DNA of 64,000 nucleotides from Tubulanus polymorphus (Eukaryota > Animalia > Nemertea). Below the pieces are notes generated by a model that did not search any database, was not told the origin of the DNA, and was given only the letters and a program-made list of their open reading frames with translations. Both the position numbers and the translations under genes were made by a program. The stretch spans positions 20,804,150-20,868,149 of the forward strand of contig NC_134026.1 in NCBI RefSeq assembly GCF_964204645.1. Reading direction: 5' to 3'. Positions 39,689 through 53,465 of this stretch are shown piece by piece (within the stretch, counting starts at the first letter, position 1; each line of letters begins with the position of its first letter).

Positions 39689-42199
39689 ACAACAGTGAGT
39701 ACAGCAATAGTGGGGGCGGGGTACTTGGCTTTTAAGTGTAAGGGTACCTCAACATAGTACCGATTCCCATCAGTTGTTATTAATTAGATTTAATGTCACT
39801 CCACGATGCCAACACACGCTAACACACGAGATTCTTTTTGTCACAATCTGGAGATTAGCTCAAGTCGTTTCTCGTAATAATCTAACATGAAACGAAGACA
39901 AAAAATCGAGATCCGGATGAACTATTTGGTTGATGTTCGATTGACTAGCACGTTATCCTGACAAAGGCAACCACATCAAAGAACGACAATAAACTATGGT
40001 GAAATTCGATAGCTGTTTAGAATTCTAAAATCGCGAAAGCTAGATTTTAAGTTATTAAGCAAAATACATTTCTCTTAAATCCTTAAATCTTTCGACAGAC
40101 AAATCTTCGGGCGTTTTTTTTTCTTTCTTTTCGTTCGAGCGCTTAATCTCGTCGTATTCATGAAAGTACGTTGCAAATCAAAAAAAGGAATCCGCAATTT
40201 CTGCCCTTTGATCGCTGAAAATACCTGGGTTTTTCAAACCCTCTGGGAAATAATGTAAAGCGAGTAAATTTTATCAGCAGACCGACGTGGAATTGTGGGA
40301 TACCAGTTCCTGTATAGCAGCCGGACACTCAGTTTTCATATGATATCGCATTTCAATGTCGCCAACAGTTGGTTTTTCCTTCAAGGTCGTATACATGAAG
40401 AAAGTCTTTTGCGTCTACAGATACCTTGTGTTGGGTCAGCATCATCCCACACCATTCTTATATACAGGCGCGCGGATTCAGACGGTAGCACCATGTTGGC
40501 AATTGCGCTCCTTTTTTCACCCCCGACGTAAAAAAAGGGGTTCACTTAGTCGTGCCCATCAATCCAGAAAATAACAAGATAGGGCACTTTTAGTCGTCTC
40601 TTTCAATCCAGGCAGTATGAAAAAAGGCACATTTTCACAGACGATGCAGATAATCTTAAACGTGAAGCACATTCAGTCGTCCGTCAATTCCAAAAAAACA
40701 AAAACGAGCACTTTTAGTCGGTTCTATCATTCCCAAAAGTATAAGGGCATATTTTTACAAGACGAGGCAGATAATCTTCAACGCCATTCTTCAGGATTTC
40801 ACCATTATTGTCTGGAAACTACATTTCAATGCAGTAAATTTTCTAGAAGGCACTTTGCATCAAGACTTCATTTATGGCTTGGAAATTGCACCAAAAAGCA
40901 GTAAATTCTCAAAATTCCCAGATCAACCTCGTTTGTTGCGGGTTATGCCATTTTCTATGAGTCGTGCTACCCTCAACAGTGGTCCCTGGATCCGTCCCCG
41001 TTATATGTATTTCCAAATCTCTGTGTAACACATTTATAGGCAGCCAACAAAAATAAACCCTCATCAGCCGCTCGACGATTCAAGCAGGATTAAAAGATTT
41101 TATAAAACAAACCGGCTCCGAAATTTCCAATTCGATTTCGAAAAAAAAAATTCTGTAAATTCGTCCGCCGATCCAATTACATGTATATCTGTACGATATC
41201 TGATTTCAAAAATCCTGTTTCGTTTTCGTCAGCTTTAATGGGTTTAGCATCGAATCAAATCGATCATTTAATCATTAAATCAATCAATCAAATACATAAG
41301 AGGGATAATCAGCCCTATTCCAGGATCAAGCACATTGAGCATCGCCCCCACGTCCCATTCTTCATATAGATCCTGATTGCAACTGGGAATGAAGTACCTC
41401 GCCGTCCATCTCAGTAATCGTGGATTTCAACGAGGCATTAGGTTTTGATCCGCGCCGTTCAATTTCTAATATACAATTCAATTGAAATCGAATCGACTCG
41501 GCAACGAATCAATTCAATTTTCGTTAAAAACTTTTAACATTGACTGCTTGAACCGTCACGAAAGATCCACGATCTTTCGGTGGCAAGGATACTATATGAC
41601 TATCTGAACTCGAAAAGTCGACAATTCGACTTTTTAAGCTATTGAAAAATATATTGAGTAACTTCGGTAAAGTCTGATCTCTTGGGACCGTTAAAGTGTG
41701 TCCGGGTTGAGCAATATCCGAGTTGGATGTTACGTATTTCTTAAATAATGTCTAGAAAAAATGTTTCAACAAACATCCGAGTTGAACGGTTATCAGAGTT
41801 GATCGGATCCGACTCTGGTGGAGTCTATTGACTATGGCCGTAATGCTCTTCCCTGCTATCTACACTACAATGTAAGAAATGTTCACTCGATTCCATTCTA
41901 ATGATTTCTTTTGTTATGTTGTTATCGTTTGCCATATAATTAATGCTCGGCATTAAAATTAATTGTTTTCTAATTACCTCATTAATGACTGAGCAAGGTT
42001 TCATTATTAACAGCCTCCGGTGTGGCGAAGTGTTATCATTATTACATTCACGTCATCGACTCAAACTCGGATAATTTTTCTCAAAGTTTTCCATTCTAAA
42101 TATTTGTCTCTCGTTGTGTTCAATAGACAATTAATGATCATAATGAACTTTACTTGTCAAAGAAATATTTTATTTTTATGGCAAGACATCGTGATACAT

Positions 42200-42385
42200 T
42201 ACGGAGCCTCGGAGGTGACACGGTGAAAAATGAATATGTTTTAGACGTTAAGACGAAAAAATCTTTTCCTTCGAAAGAAAAAGTCTTTTCGTGGGAACGA
42301 AAAGTTTTTCGTGGCCACGACATAGTCTTTTTGGTGGAACGAAAAAAATATTCATTCTCCACCATGTCGCCTCCGGGGCTCCGTA
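42200..42385. mobile_element. TA-flanked MITE, family C (second copy at 49818-49989)
   Basis: TIRs of about 40 bp: TAcggagcctcggaggtgacacggtgaaaaatgaatat / atattcattctccaccatgtcgcctccggggctccgTA. Confidence 0.8.
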
Positions 42386-45322
42386 CATATCATACAGGGT
42401 GACGGAAAACAAAGCATTTACGTAGATACACATGTACTAGAAATAATGAACATTATTGACAATAGGTTTAATCGAAACTATAAATTGACTGACTCGTGCT
42501 TGATTTTGACCTTTGAAGAAACGAGCGGAGATCATTTGAATTATTGACGACAACGTAGAAGGCGATCTGTATATATGTAAACAACTGATATTTCAAATTC
42601 AGCCACGTCTTTTTTTACACCAAACTATTATGAGTCTTCGAAAGGGAGTGAATCAGCCGCAGCGTTTTCTTAGGGCGAGTTCGTAGATCGTCGAAATCGG
42701 TTACCGGTACGTAACGAGAAAGTAACTGTCTCGTCGCTGGTCGACGGTTGTCTATTCCGTTCACTCATGAAATTATGATTATAATTCTATCGGCGTGTAG
42801 TTTTCACGCTGTGATGAAAATTGGAGAAAATTTTAGCGTGTATTCAATAAGGGCGACTCCGAGAATATCCAAATCACGTTCGGAAGTAGATATTAAATAC
42901 GGTATACCGGACGGACTTGGTTTCGACAAGGGCTGATAATGTTCCGCGTCGGTTATGAAAATTCTTCTATTGTTATGCGTTAGCAGTATCAGAAATACGC
43001 ACCTTTTTGATACGGTAGTTGAAGGGTAACATTAGTGAAAAATTCTGAAAGCATGTTAACTCACATATCCCGCTGACTGAAAATACGAGTGCCTCTGACT
43101 GGGTGTTCTGCCATGTCGGGAAATCGACGATGATTGCAATTCAAAAATTTAGGGGAATTAATGAATAAAACCGAATAAAACATGATTCTAATTTGCCAAG
43201 GGGTCGATCCCGTGGGTTTAAACGGAATTGCATAATACCTTTCAATTTCTCGTGCAGTTAACGATAATACAATTGTTAGATTATCATAAATCCAGTCCAG
43301 ACCGTGCTTTGATGTTTTATCATTGCTTCCAAATAGTAAAAAAAAGGTTTAAACTCATCATTCGGGGTAGGGGGCTGTACACCAATCTTTGGGGAGTTTC
43401 TTCCTTGAACTCCCCATATGCAACCGCGCGATTTTCAATGAAGGTTTAAGCCTCCGAAGAATGGAAGCGAAATACCGTTATCACTTAAAATGATATCCAT
43501 GGTCTAGGTAGATTTGTACTTATAGCGAAGCTGTATTTATATATCCATATATAATATTCTACAGTGACAAATACATAATTGTATTACAATGTTTAGTACA
43601 GAGATGACGGATAAACGTATACAAAGATATTGATATGAATATTAGCGCGGACAGTAGAAAGAGGTCTTCTTTGTACTTATACAACATATTCTCACAACTT
43701 CCACTACTCGCGAAAGTACAATTATGATTAAGCTAATTTGTCGAGAAGTTGCTATTCTAGAAATTGAGTGGGGAATCGCGAGGTGTCGTTGGTTTACGAA
43801 CTCAGATCAGTTATTAAATTTCATAGCTATCTACTAATTATCGAATGCTATTATAAGGTGTTCCCGATACATATGGGTTCGGTTTGAATGCATCTTTACG
43901 GTACGTATCACCAGGACCGCCTGTTCTATCGTCGAGACTTAAGCCCAAAAGTGGTCATAAGTATTAAGAATGGCCATAAGATGGTCTTTGACGTCATGAG
44001 TCTAAGCCATGTCTATGGACCCCCCCGCCCCCTATTGCAGAGGTGGCGACCGAAACGCACTTGCACGAATCACTTTTAAGAAGCGTAGTTTTAATCTCAT
44101 CGAGTTTGAATATCAGACTGTTTGAAGTTGGATGCGCAAAAAATTACGCGAGTAATGAAAATTCATATAGGCTATAAGGCGATTAGAAAAGTGTTTTCTT
44201 GTCACCCGCGGCATTCAGAATTTCGACGTAAACCTTCGGGGGAATGGGATGCAATTATTTGATTAGCGCATTACTTAATGTTTATGCGGATTTGTTGCCG
44301 GAATGGTGAGAGACTGGAAAAAACAGAATTCTCAAACTCGCGGCCTCGAGCAAGATTTCATAAAATATGAAATGAGCTTGAATTTATTTTGTAACCGTCA
44401 TGACCGACACTTCGTCTAACTCGGTCGTACATCGAAAGCGGTTTTGAATTCGTAGCCATCGAGGTCGTGTAATGCCCGTTTTGTAGTTAGCGAAATGAAA
44501 AAAATATTAGTCAGCATCCTTAGTTTCAATCGGTTATAACGAATGTGTCACAAGCGTTGTTTCTCGGTGGAGATTAGAAATTCTTTTTTTATTTCTTTAT
44601 TTCGGTTTAGCCTTCAATCTATGCCTCAAATAAAATAATTTTTTTTCGGAAATCCCGGTCCGATACTTGATCAAGTAAAAACGCTTTCTTCCCCGGAGAG
44701 AGATACATGGCATCGATGTACATACGCTCATCTAATCTCTTCTCATCCCAATTCGTAATGTACTCATTTTAATCGTTCCGAACGTGTTCGGCCATTTTGA
44801 TTGAATAATGAATTATTCAATGTTGCAAAAATTATGCTATAGAGAAATATATTTTCCGAGGTGACATTTTTTAAATTGCTTTTTAAAGTATGATGATACT
44901 CTTGAAAACAAATCACAAAAGGAAACACCATTGCCGTTAGCAAATGCTATTTAAAAAAATACTGTTTAGAGATGTTGTAGAATTTCATGAGTTGTTGATC
45001 TGAAGAATTCTCGATTAAAAGTTGAATATTCGCGAAGTGACTGGTTATCAAGTCGAACAAATTCCTTCAAAACCGAATGACAAGTCGATGAAATGTTTTT
45101 GAAATATTAGTTTCAATTAGGCGCTCTCAAAACAAATAGAATGAAACGGAATGTAAAGTTTTTACGGATAAATCCTACAAAGTTTGAAAAAAGCTTTGAT
45201 ACAATTAGTATTCATCGAAGTGCATTATTTTCCGAAATATCAGACTAACCCGCGTATAAAAACTATTCGAGTAATAACTAAAAATCGCGAATGAGAAAGA
45301 AACGAGAAAAAAGATTTCTTAC

Positions 45323-45449
45323 CTTGAATTACGATATATGTATGGATTATACGGGTTTTAATGATTGATATCCAGCAGGAGTTCAATGATCACTGGCTCT
45401 CCGGCTGTCTGTCTAACTGGTGACAACTGGCTGATAGCGACTACTTATA
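45323..45449 (-). promoter_or_regulatory. Inferred core promoter and non-coding first exon (about 45418-45323) of the NKY gene
   Basis: On the minus strand, TATAAG (45449-45444) lies 31 nt upstream of an Inr-like CCAGTT (A at 45418). The roughly 96-nt exon has no ATG and ends at the consensus donor CAAG|GTAAGA (GT at 45322-45321). A (GC)n tract lies just upstream. The link to the 13004 acceptor is inferred. Confidence 0.55.
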
Positions 45450-45741
45450 CCACTCGCCTCGCCTCTCAGTCCGTCTCGTGTGCGCGCGCGCGTGCGCATA
45501 AAATCTGTGTGCATCATTATGATGTGCGTGCCCCCGTTAATTTATCTGGCATTATACGTAGTTATCTTCGAAATGCAAAATATCTTTCCTTTTTTATAAT
45601 GGAAGAGGACTGAAAATATAGTTTACGACAGAATTTTAACTTAAGTCCCTCGCTAGCGAGCCGACATATCAGTCCGACAACACGGCGAAACAGCGTTATA
45701 CATGAAGAACGTTATTTTTATTGAATTCGAATCAGAATTGC

Positions 45742-45907
45742 ACGGCAGCATCCTGACGACGATTATATTTATCTTTTTTTTGTAGCTCCCAAAAACATGA
45801 TTATTTTGAATGACAAAAAAATGACTATTTTAAATGAAATTTATTGTATGTGTGAAAAAAATCACACAGAAAAATGATTTATATCTATGTCGTCAGGATG
45901 CTACCGT
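45742..45907. mobile_element. Short MITE about 300 bp upstream of the inferred NKY TATA box
   Basis: 19-bp TIR acggcagcatcctgacgac / gtcgtcaggatgctaccgt. Confidence 0.6.
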
Positions 45908-48389
45908 AGAATTGGCGTATTTGTGCTCGTAGAATGTTTGAGTTGAGTTGAGCACCGGCATGAAAGAAAACAACGGCGTTAGAATTGATGAAAATATCGC
46001 GTCCATATTTGAATGCATGAAGTTTTGATTATGATAATGATAATGATATTTACTTTCGTTAACCATGTCACAATTATATATAATTCATACAACTATTTTT
46101 CACTCATCATAAATTGCAACGAAATACAGTTAGTTGCGCAATCTAAATCAAATATAATTCAACTCCGAGATCTTTTTCCGTATATAGCCTGATCGCCTGT
46201 AAGTCGAGAGAAAAAATTTTCATCATCTGCTTTCCTGAGCGTTATCGAATTTATCTAAACAATTTACAAGAAATGATGTCCGCGTGTTATGTGTGTGTGT
46301 GTATTTCATTCGATTCGCTCCGCTGACGCCGCTCGCGCGCGCACGCACGCAGACGATCTCGGCGCAGTGACTTTAGAAAAAAATATGAAGAAATTTCATC
46401 ACGGCTGAAAATTGAAGTAGTAATCCGTCGAAATCAGTCACGGATACCGGCTGTATGAAAGTCGCCTGCTACTGCTGTCGGCGATAATTAATTTGATAAA
46501 CATTCGACTGCCACAGAATGAAAGAAATCTCGGAGTTTATTTGAACCGAAAATCGGGAATCGAGGGACTGTAATCCGCTCGGCTTTTCATCGGTTCTATC
46601 GGCGACGCTGTCACGAATCGTGACTGCAGATCGTTCCAGAAAATGGTCGAAAATTGATGTTTTTTTTTTAATGTTTGACTTAAAAATGAGCTTGTGACAT
46701 TCATTTCGTAGACATTCATTCAGAGGAGGGAACAAGGGAAAAAAATAAAATCGAAAATGTTTTCGAAAATCATCAACATGACCATAACTTTTACAAGTTA
46801 CTCGATTGGAATCAAGACGAGCATAACAAAAACAAAAAACTTTTTTGTTGAAGAATTGTGATGAAAACACGAAGGAGGACTAAGAAGAAAATTTGCTGAT
46901 TTTTGCAGAATTCTGGGGGCGGATCCGTGCCCCGAGTGATTAACAAAAAATGCTTTCCTAGAGAAACAGAAGTTGATGTTGACCACCGGGGCGAAAGGGT
47001 CGAAGAAAGTTAAGCGACTGCCATAGTGACAGTTAAAACCATGATACTTGTCGGATGGTCAATGTGGTTTACCTTCATAACCGCATTCAGAGAAACTGAC
47101 CCTGGTGGTCATTATCGAACTTTAAAATATGCACTCGCTCTTTTAATCTATATCGGATCCGTAGCAGAAATGGTTGTAGCAGTCGGTGTAACCGAGCCGC
47201 GATTGAAACATGATAGATGTTCGTGGAGATTTGTGCTAATGACAGGATGCAAAGCCGGTGACGTTTCTACCGATCTCTTAATGTACACTGATACTTAATT
47301 GGAATGTAACGTAAAGCCCGATTTAGTGAAAATGACGCGCGTAATTTCACCGCCGAGGATTCGGCGTACGGTCCCCATCGGACTACCGAGGCTGGGTCTT
47401 TCAACTGCATCGGATTGCATTAAAACAGATGGAAAACAACCGCGTATCGCGTTTGCGTTCATGTTTGGCCAGCCGTGTTAAATCGCAAGCATACGCAATA
47501 CTCTAATGCGCACTATCCCAGACATCTCGATGATCGGACGAATCTACGTATTTCGATATCTTCGAATAGATGGGCGAATATCTTATGAAATTAACAAAAA
47601 CCGACAAAGAGGGTCATTGGCAAAATCTAAACCTGGGGTTAGAAACATAATAGAATAATACGGGATTTCTGATAAGCTTATGATGACATCATCTAAGCCG
47701 CAATAAAATCTATCAGTATAAATTCCATGTGATGACATTGAGTCCAAAAAGAAGCATTCCTCCGCATTTTCCGGAAAAGTTAAGGCGCTAAGCAGGCCTA
47801 TCACAAGTTTTCGTAAAAGTGAACACTTCACAGAATTATTCATATTCGCTACAAACTCTGTAATAACATCACGGTAAAGCGAACGTAATGATATTTTGTA
47901 TCTGTGATCGGAGTTCTGGGATCCCGTGCGTGTAACTCCTCTAGTCAGCCAGCGACAGGTTCTTATGGTGTAAACGCTCGCGAAATCTACTGCAAATCAG
48001 CGAATGAACGACACATTTCTATTCGGCTCACAATCGCGAAGGACCGCCGGATTTCTAGAAATGTGATTTTTGTGTAAATCAAACAGCCCTTTATGCGCTG
48101 CCATCCGCCGAAATCGGCGACGCGATTTTATCGTAGAATTCGCCGTGAAATTTAAAATTAATCCCAAGCCACATGGCGGCTCTCACCGCCGAGCAGAGCA
48201 CGGTGCTTCTAAAAACTGATCGGCGAGGTTAATGCCTGCCTACAATTAGCGCTAAATTCAAGCCGCTTACGACAACAACAGCCATGATGAAATCAGCGGA
48301 TACATTGACCGAGCTGTTTTGATCTTGAAACAGGGATTGACGCTTTTTTTATTTGGTTGATAAATTTCGTTTGATTTTTAGGGTTTAAT

Positions 48390-48505
48390 CCAGTTATTTT
48401 GGGAAGTTTTAAAGACGCTTCAATGCAATGTCTTAATATTTGGGTTACACATGTATCTACCCTAGACACACCTTCAGCCCAAAAACTGGCCCTGTCAGAC
48501 TCCAT
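48390..48505 (+). mobile_element. Internal fragment of the same HINE family
   Basis: Near-identical to about 1230-1345 (ccagttattttgggaagtttt...acatgtatctaccctagacaca.cttcagcccaaaaactggccct). Confidence 0.7.
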
Positions 48506-48868
48506 GGTATGGTTCTCCAGTAGCACCATTTATAAATCACTGGAAACGCATTTTCATCGATATCTTAATTATAATCGAGGCTTTTCCCCCAAAACTTAGT
48601 TCATCAGTACGTTTTAAATAATTTAGCCTTCCACATATCATGTCAGTTAGCTCCTTGGTGGTGTTCTTTAAAAAAGCCGTACGTTCTGAGTAACTGAATT
48701 TGACGAAATCCTTATACTCCTCCAGTACCAAATTTAATCCAGCATGGCAGAAACCCGTTATCGCTGCTTTGCAGCTATATTTCTTTATTGAGGTTCCCTG
48801 ACAAACCCACCACACCTACCAAGAGCGAAACAGGGGGTTAGCGGAAGAGCATAGCGGCCGTATAATTA

Positions 48869-49146
48869 CTTGAAATTTTGACTTCTTAACTCGAAATTTC
48901 AACTTCGTAAGCTCGAATTTTGACTTAGCAACTCGAAATTTCGACTTGACTTGCTAAGTGGAAATGTCGACTAGGTAGCTCGAAATTTCGACTTTTTAAC
49001 TCAAAATAATTGACTTAGTAAACTCACTTTTTGACTTTGTTACTCGAAATTTCGTTTTTTTACTTACAAGGTGGAAATTTCGACTTTTGAACTAGAAATT
49101 TCGACTTATTAGCTCGAAATTTCGACTATGTAAGTCGAAATTTCAC
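48869..49146 (+). repeat. Minisatellite, unit of about 21-22 bp (ctcgaaatttcgacttnntaa), about 12 copies
   Basis: Repeated gaaatttcgact motif. Confidence 0.85.
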
Positions 49147-49817
49147 TATCCGCGCTACCTTTAGAAAGTATAGTGTATTACTGACATTGGAATATGTAAC
49201 ATTTTATTGCGCTTCGGTTATATTGAATTTTATTGCCGGGTCATTAACACGATTTAACAATTGATATTTAGATTTTGGCCATCTATCACGAAGAATGTGG
49301 CTGCCATTTAGCCGTGTTTACCCTCGGCGATTCTCATTTGGTCGACTCTGAATGGAGCTCTTTTAGCGCAGAGGATCGGGATGACGCAAACACGCCAATA
49401 AAACTTCATTGTCTTTATAAGTGCCGGTGTGCGCTAGATTTGTTTTTATGTGCCACTGGTGGGTATAGTAGGCTGATAGCTCGATCATGTGAATAAAATC
49501 GTCAGGCGTCGTCGTCCCGGCTGAATAAAGTTGAAGTTGCGTTCACAGAAAAAAAAACATGCACGCACTCAATACGAATTATTTGCGAATTATCATATCT
49601 TATTCGTTTACATTTACTGCTGTTTAGACAGTGCAAAATTAGGACTATTTCCCTGATTTCGAGCAATGGGTCTTTTGAAGGTCTTTAAAAGGCTTAAAAG
49701 ACTTAGATCTGTCGGAGAAAGTTCAAATAAGGCCTGTTTTCTATTCTTTTCCATGGATGACCGAATCATGTTTAAATGTTTGGCGTTACGTACTTCCAAG
49801 CTACTGCCAAAGCCGGT

Positions 49818-49989
49818 TACGGAGCCCGGAGGTGACATGGTGAAAAATGAATATTTTTTATCGTAGGAACGAAATAATCTTTTCGTTGGAACGAAATGAA
49901 AAAAAAAGATTTCGTTCGAACGAAAAGATTATTTCGTTCTTACGAAAAGAAATATTTACTTTTCACCGTGTCACCTCCGGGGCTCCGTA
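49818..49989. mobile_element. TA-flanked MITE, family C
   Basis: Same TIRs as 42200-42385; nearly palindromic throughout. Confidence 0.8.
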
Positions 49990-50022
49990 GCTGATAGACT
50001 TATTTATTACATAGAAAACGTT

Positions 50023-50256
50023 CAGGGTCCCTACGACTCCTTGATTCCTTGAACACTCTTTCTAAACCAAAAATGTTTTTCAAGGTCCCTGAATAATATC
50101 CTTCTTGAATTTGAGCTAAACGCCCAAAAGTCCATGAAACTCCTTCTTGAATTTTGAGAAATTGGCAATTAGAAAGTTTATAGGTTCGAAATTTTCTTAT
50201 TGAAAACTCCTTGAAGAGTCCTTGAATTCTGGTATTACTGATCTGTAGGGACCCTG
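50023..50256. mobile_element. hAT-like MITE
   Basis: TIR CAGGGTCCCTAC / GTAGGGACCCTG with internal ccttgaa repeats. Confidence 0.6.
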
Positions 50257-51561
50257 TCCTTGTAATGAACCGTGATGGGAAATATTGATATTTCGTGATA
50301 ACTATTTTCGTAATGAGTTTTAGATCTCGTTTTTACACTACTCATGCGTAATTAATCGAAAAATTTATGACATTTTGTAAATATATCTTTTATTATATCC
50401 CTGTAGTTTATGGATTACCAGCGGCAAGGTCGAATTTGTGAAACAATTCCTTTCGTCTAATTAATCGTAGAATAGCCTCGTGATCCGCCACTCGATCAGT
50501 GTCTATTTCGCAATTTTTTGCCATATCGGAAAAAAATGTATATTCTATTTTAGTTTATGCGCTTGTCACGCCTTAAATACGACACCAGAAATGTGGTCGA
50601 CACCTCGCCAGTTTCCACAGGTCGCTCTGACTCCCTGCGCGTTACATATATAGACTTCCAACGCGAATCAGTGATTTCGAAAGTTCACAATCAAACTAGC
50701 TGTCGCCGTATCACCTGGTCATTGGATAATTGAATAGGCATTGCCACGTGATGAGCGTATTTTCATATATTTGATTCCTGGCAATTGAAGAATCGGCCCG
50801 TAATATTCAGAACCCATATAGTTCCACGACTAACGTGAATATCAACTAAATCGGTACCGATTAACAATCACGATTAACATCATTGCTACCGTGATTACCG
50901 TGTGCTTGATAATGATGTTTATCTGGCATTGACTTCGCGGAATTCAATTATAAGCGAAATGAAGTGTTACTGAAATTCAAGAAAGACCTTATAATGGAGA
51001 TATATGATCCTATCTATCTGAATATATATGAGTTAAACTTACGCGTATCCAATTTCGATAAGCGTCATCGTCGTAACGATGAATATGATTTCAGGTCTGG
51101 CGACTGACTCGGTACCGACCCCCCGCTGTTTTATGAAGACAATAACAGTAACTTGTCAGCCCGATGGGGCATAGGTGTATCTTATTAAAACCACGGATGG
51201 GCGATATTATCATTCGAATCCAACTGACATCGTGATAAGGCACGGGACGCGTATCATCTTCGCCGATGTCAGATATTGCTCGCGGCCCGGCGGGTGACTT
51301 GCACTTGTCGCATTTTGATATCTTACAACGATGTCGCGTGTTTACAAATAGCTATCCATCACACCCTGTTACGCTCCTCCATTCATTAGCATATACGTCA
51401 ACGTCGTTATTATATATTTCGAAATCAAATTAAGTGGGGAACATTTTTTGTTTTTGTCTGTGCATTTTGTTCAACGCTTCGTTATGCCCTTATACTAGCA
51501 GGATAACGACGGTTTGGTTGATGCGGAGATCAGCGTTACAGTAATAAGAAAAATAAGGATC

Positions 51562-51817
51562 CCATCCTCCCCCGGCAGGGATTCGAACCTGATGGCATCG
51601 AGTTTGCCACGGTACGAAACCCTGCCACACTAGACCGAGTTATGGTTCTTCCGTGAAATTTACCTCAGCGATTATACAACGAGCAATCTCATTGGTGCCG
51701 CAACTTTTCGCGCGGCAAAGCTGCGCATGTACCTGCGCACCCGGTCTTGTGGCAGGTTCGTGCCGTGGCTGAGTGTAGCGATGCCATCAGGTTCGAATCC
51801 CTGCCGAGGGTGGATGG
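51562..51817. mobile_element. Palindromic element with tRNA-like (A/B-box) terminal inverted repeats
   Basis: Termini catcctcccccggcagggattcgaacctgatggcatcg / cgatgccatcaggttcgaatccctgccgagggtggatg. Other copies are at 30239-30556 (reversed) and 16493-16741 (truncated). Confidence 0.75.
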
Positions 51818-53465
51818 AACATCCTCACTGGTAGGCTATAGGCTAGTTCACTAATTTCCTCACAGAGGGAGATATCTTCCAAAATGATGATGATGTTTTT
51901 TACTTCATTTTGTTATGATTTTCTTTTCCTAAATCTAATGCATCCTTGCATTCACATTTTAAGCTAAGCTAAAAACCTCCTCACAGTTATTTAGGACCAA
52001 GTAATCGTCACATCAACGCGAATCACCCCGACCAATAACCGTGATGTATCCTCAAAAGAAAAAACCCGACCAATTTTTATAGTTATCTAGATACAAGAGA
52101 TGTAGTATAGTCATTAGCGGTATAAATTCACCTCCCTGGTGAAAGGTTTTCCTGAAGCCGTGAAAATATACAGACCGTTTCATACAAAACCAGTCCCTCT
52201 GAAAATGTTCCATAGCTCCAGTTGAAGTCGTCGTAGGATATGAGATTGCTGAGGGGGTGTTGGCTAGGTCCCCGGAGAAACAGAGCGTGTCTGAATACTG
52301 ACAAACTTCTGCTTGCGTAAAGCTGACCACAATTGATTGAAGACAGACTCAACAGGACACAGGCCTTAATTAATTCATTGCGCATTTTGTATTATAAACT
52401 TAAATAACATAACAAAAAATCATTAGAGGCTGTTCATATATTTGTTTTTCGGGAGATTTGACTTCGGAATAAAAGTTCCTTAATCCACGAAGTGTCCTTG
52501 ATAGATAGTTAATACGTCATAAGGCAGTTCTGCCCTTATTTGTATTAGCAAATTTGACTTTTGAGAAGTTTTTGAAATCCTCTACCTGTCCACCAAATAC
52601 GATTTCCACATCCGCTCACACCCGCCTCGGCACATCAGTTACAGGTAAACAGATTGTCGCAGTTGCTACTGAACATATGACACGATACGTTTCGTAATTC
52701 TGGTAACTCGATTACTTGGATGCGATTCATAAAGGTTTCCCGATGAAAGGCTACTCGAAGGAACTCGGCACTATCTTGGGGAAATAGAATCTGTGAGTGA
52801 CCAGCTGAAATCTAAGAAGCAACGTTGCCAGAATGTTTCGAATGAATATACATAAGAATGAGTTCGTAATGCAAAATATGCGATAAAACACTGGGGTACC
52901 GGCACACAGCAGATGGCGTGATAATACACTCGGTTATGAAAAAAGTTTATTTTCACTGGACTTTGAACTGGATCTTTTAGGCTCCCAATATGGTCAAAAA
53001 CAAACAAATGATTGGCGTCCCCAATGACTGTATGGTATAGTAATGCTGGAAATCGATTTACTACTGAGAAAAGTTTTCGAAGAAAAGAATTCGATTGATA
53101 TGTAGAAGAAATTCAAGCGCCATAACTGAATCATCTTCACCCGTCAAGGGATTCGAACCCACTCTGCTAAAGCCGTTCCCCGAACCCCTTGACCTCACGA
53201 GTCGTTGTAGTCGTTACTAGCCGACCAGAATTAGGTCGGGCCAATCACAGCGCTTGTTACAAACGACATTAGGCATCTATGGAATTTCCTGGTAAATGGA
53301 CCAATCAGCGAACACGTAGCGAACGCGGAAGTATTGTCGCGTGTTGATATATGACGTCATGCGCAACAGCGCCAGTAATGAAATCACGCTTCGTGAGGCC
53401 AGGGGGCTGGTGGAAGCGAGTTCGGGAGCGATACCGGACCCCTGGCAAGCGAGGATGTAACTGAA

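Noticed and set aside
48869-49146. CRISPR-like regular repeats
   Set aside because: The units are contiguous with no unique spacers, in eukaryotic DNA; this is a minisatellite.
51760-51817. Functional tRNA gene
   Set aside because: The A/B-box spacing is too short and there is no anticodon arm or cloverleaf; it is part of a repeat TIR.
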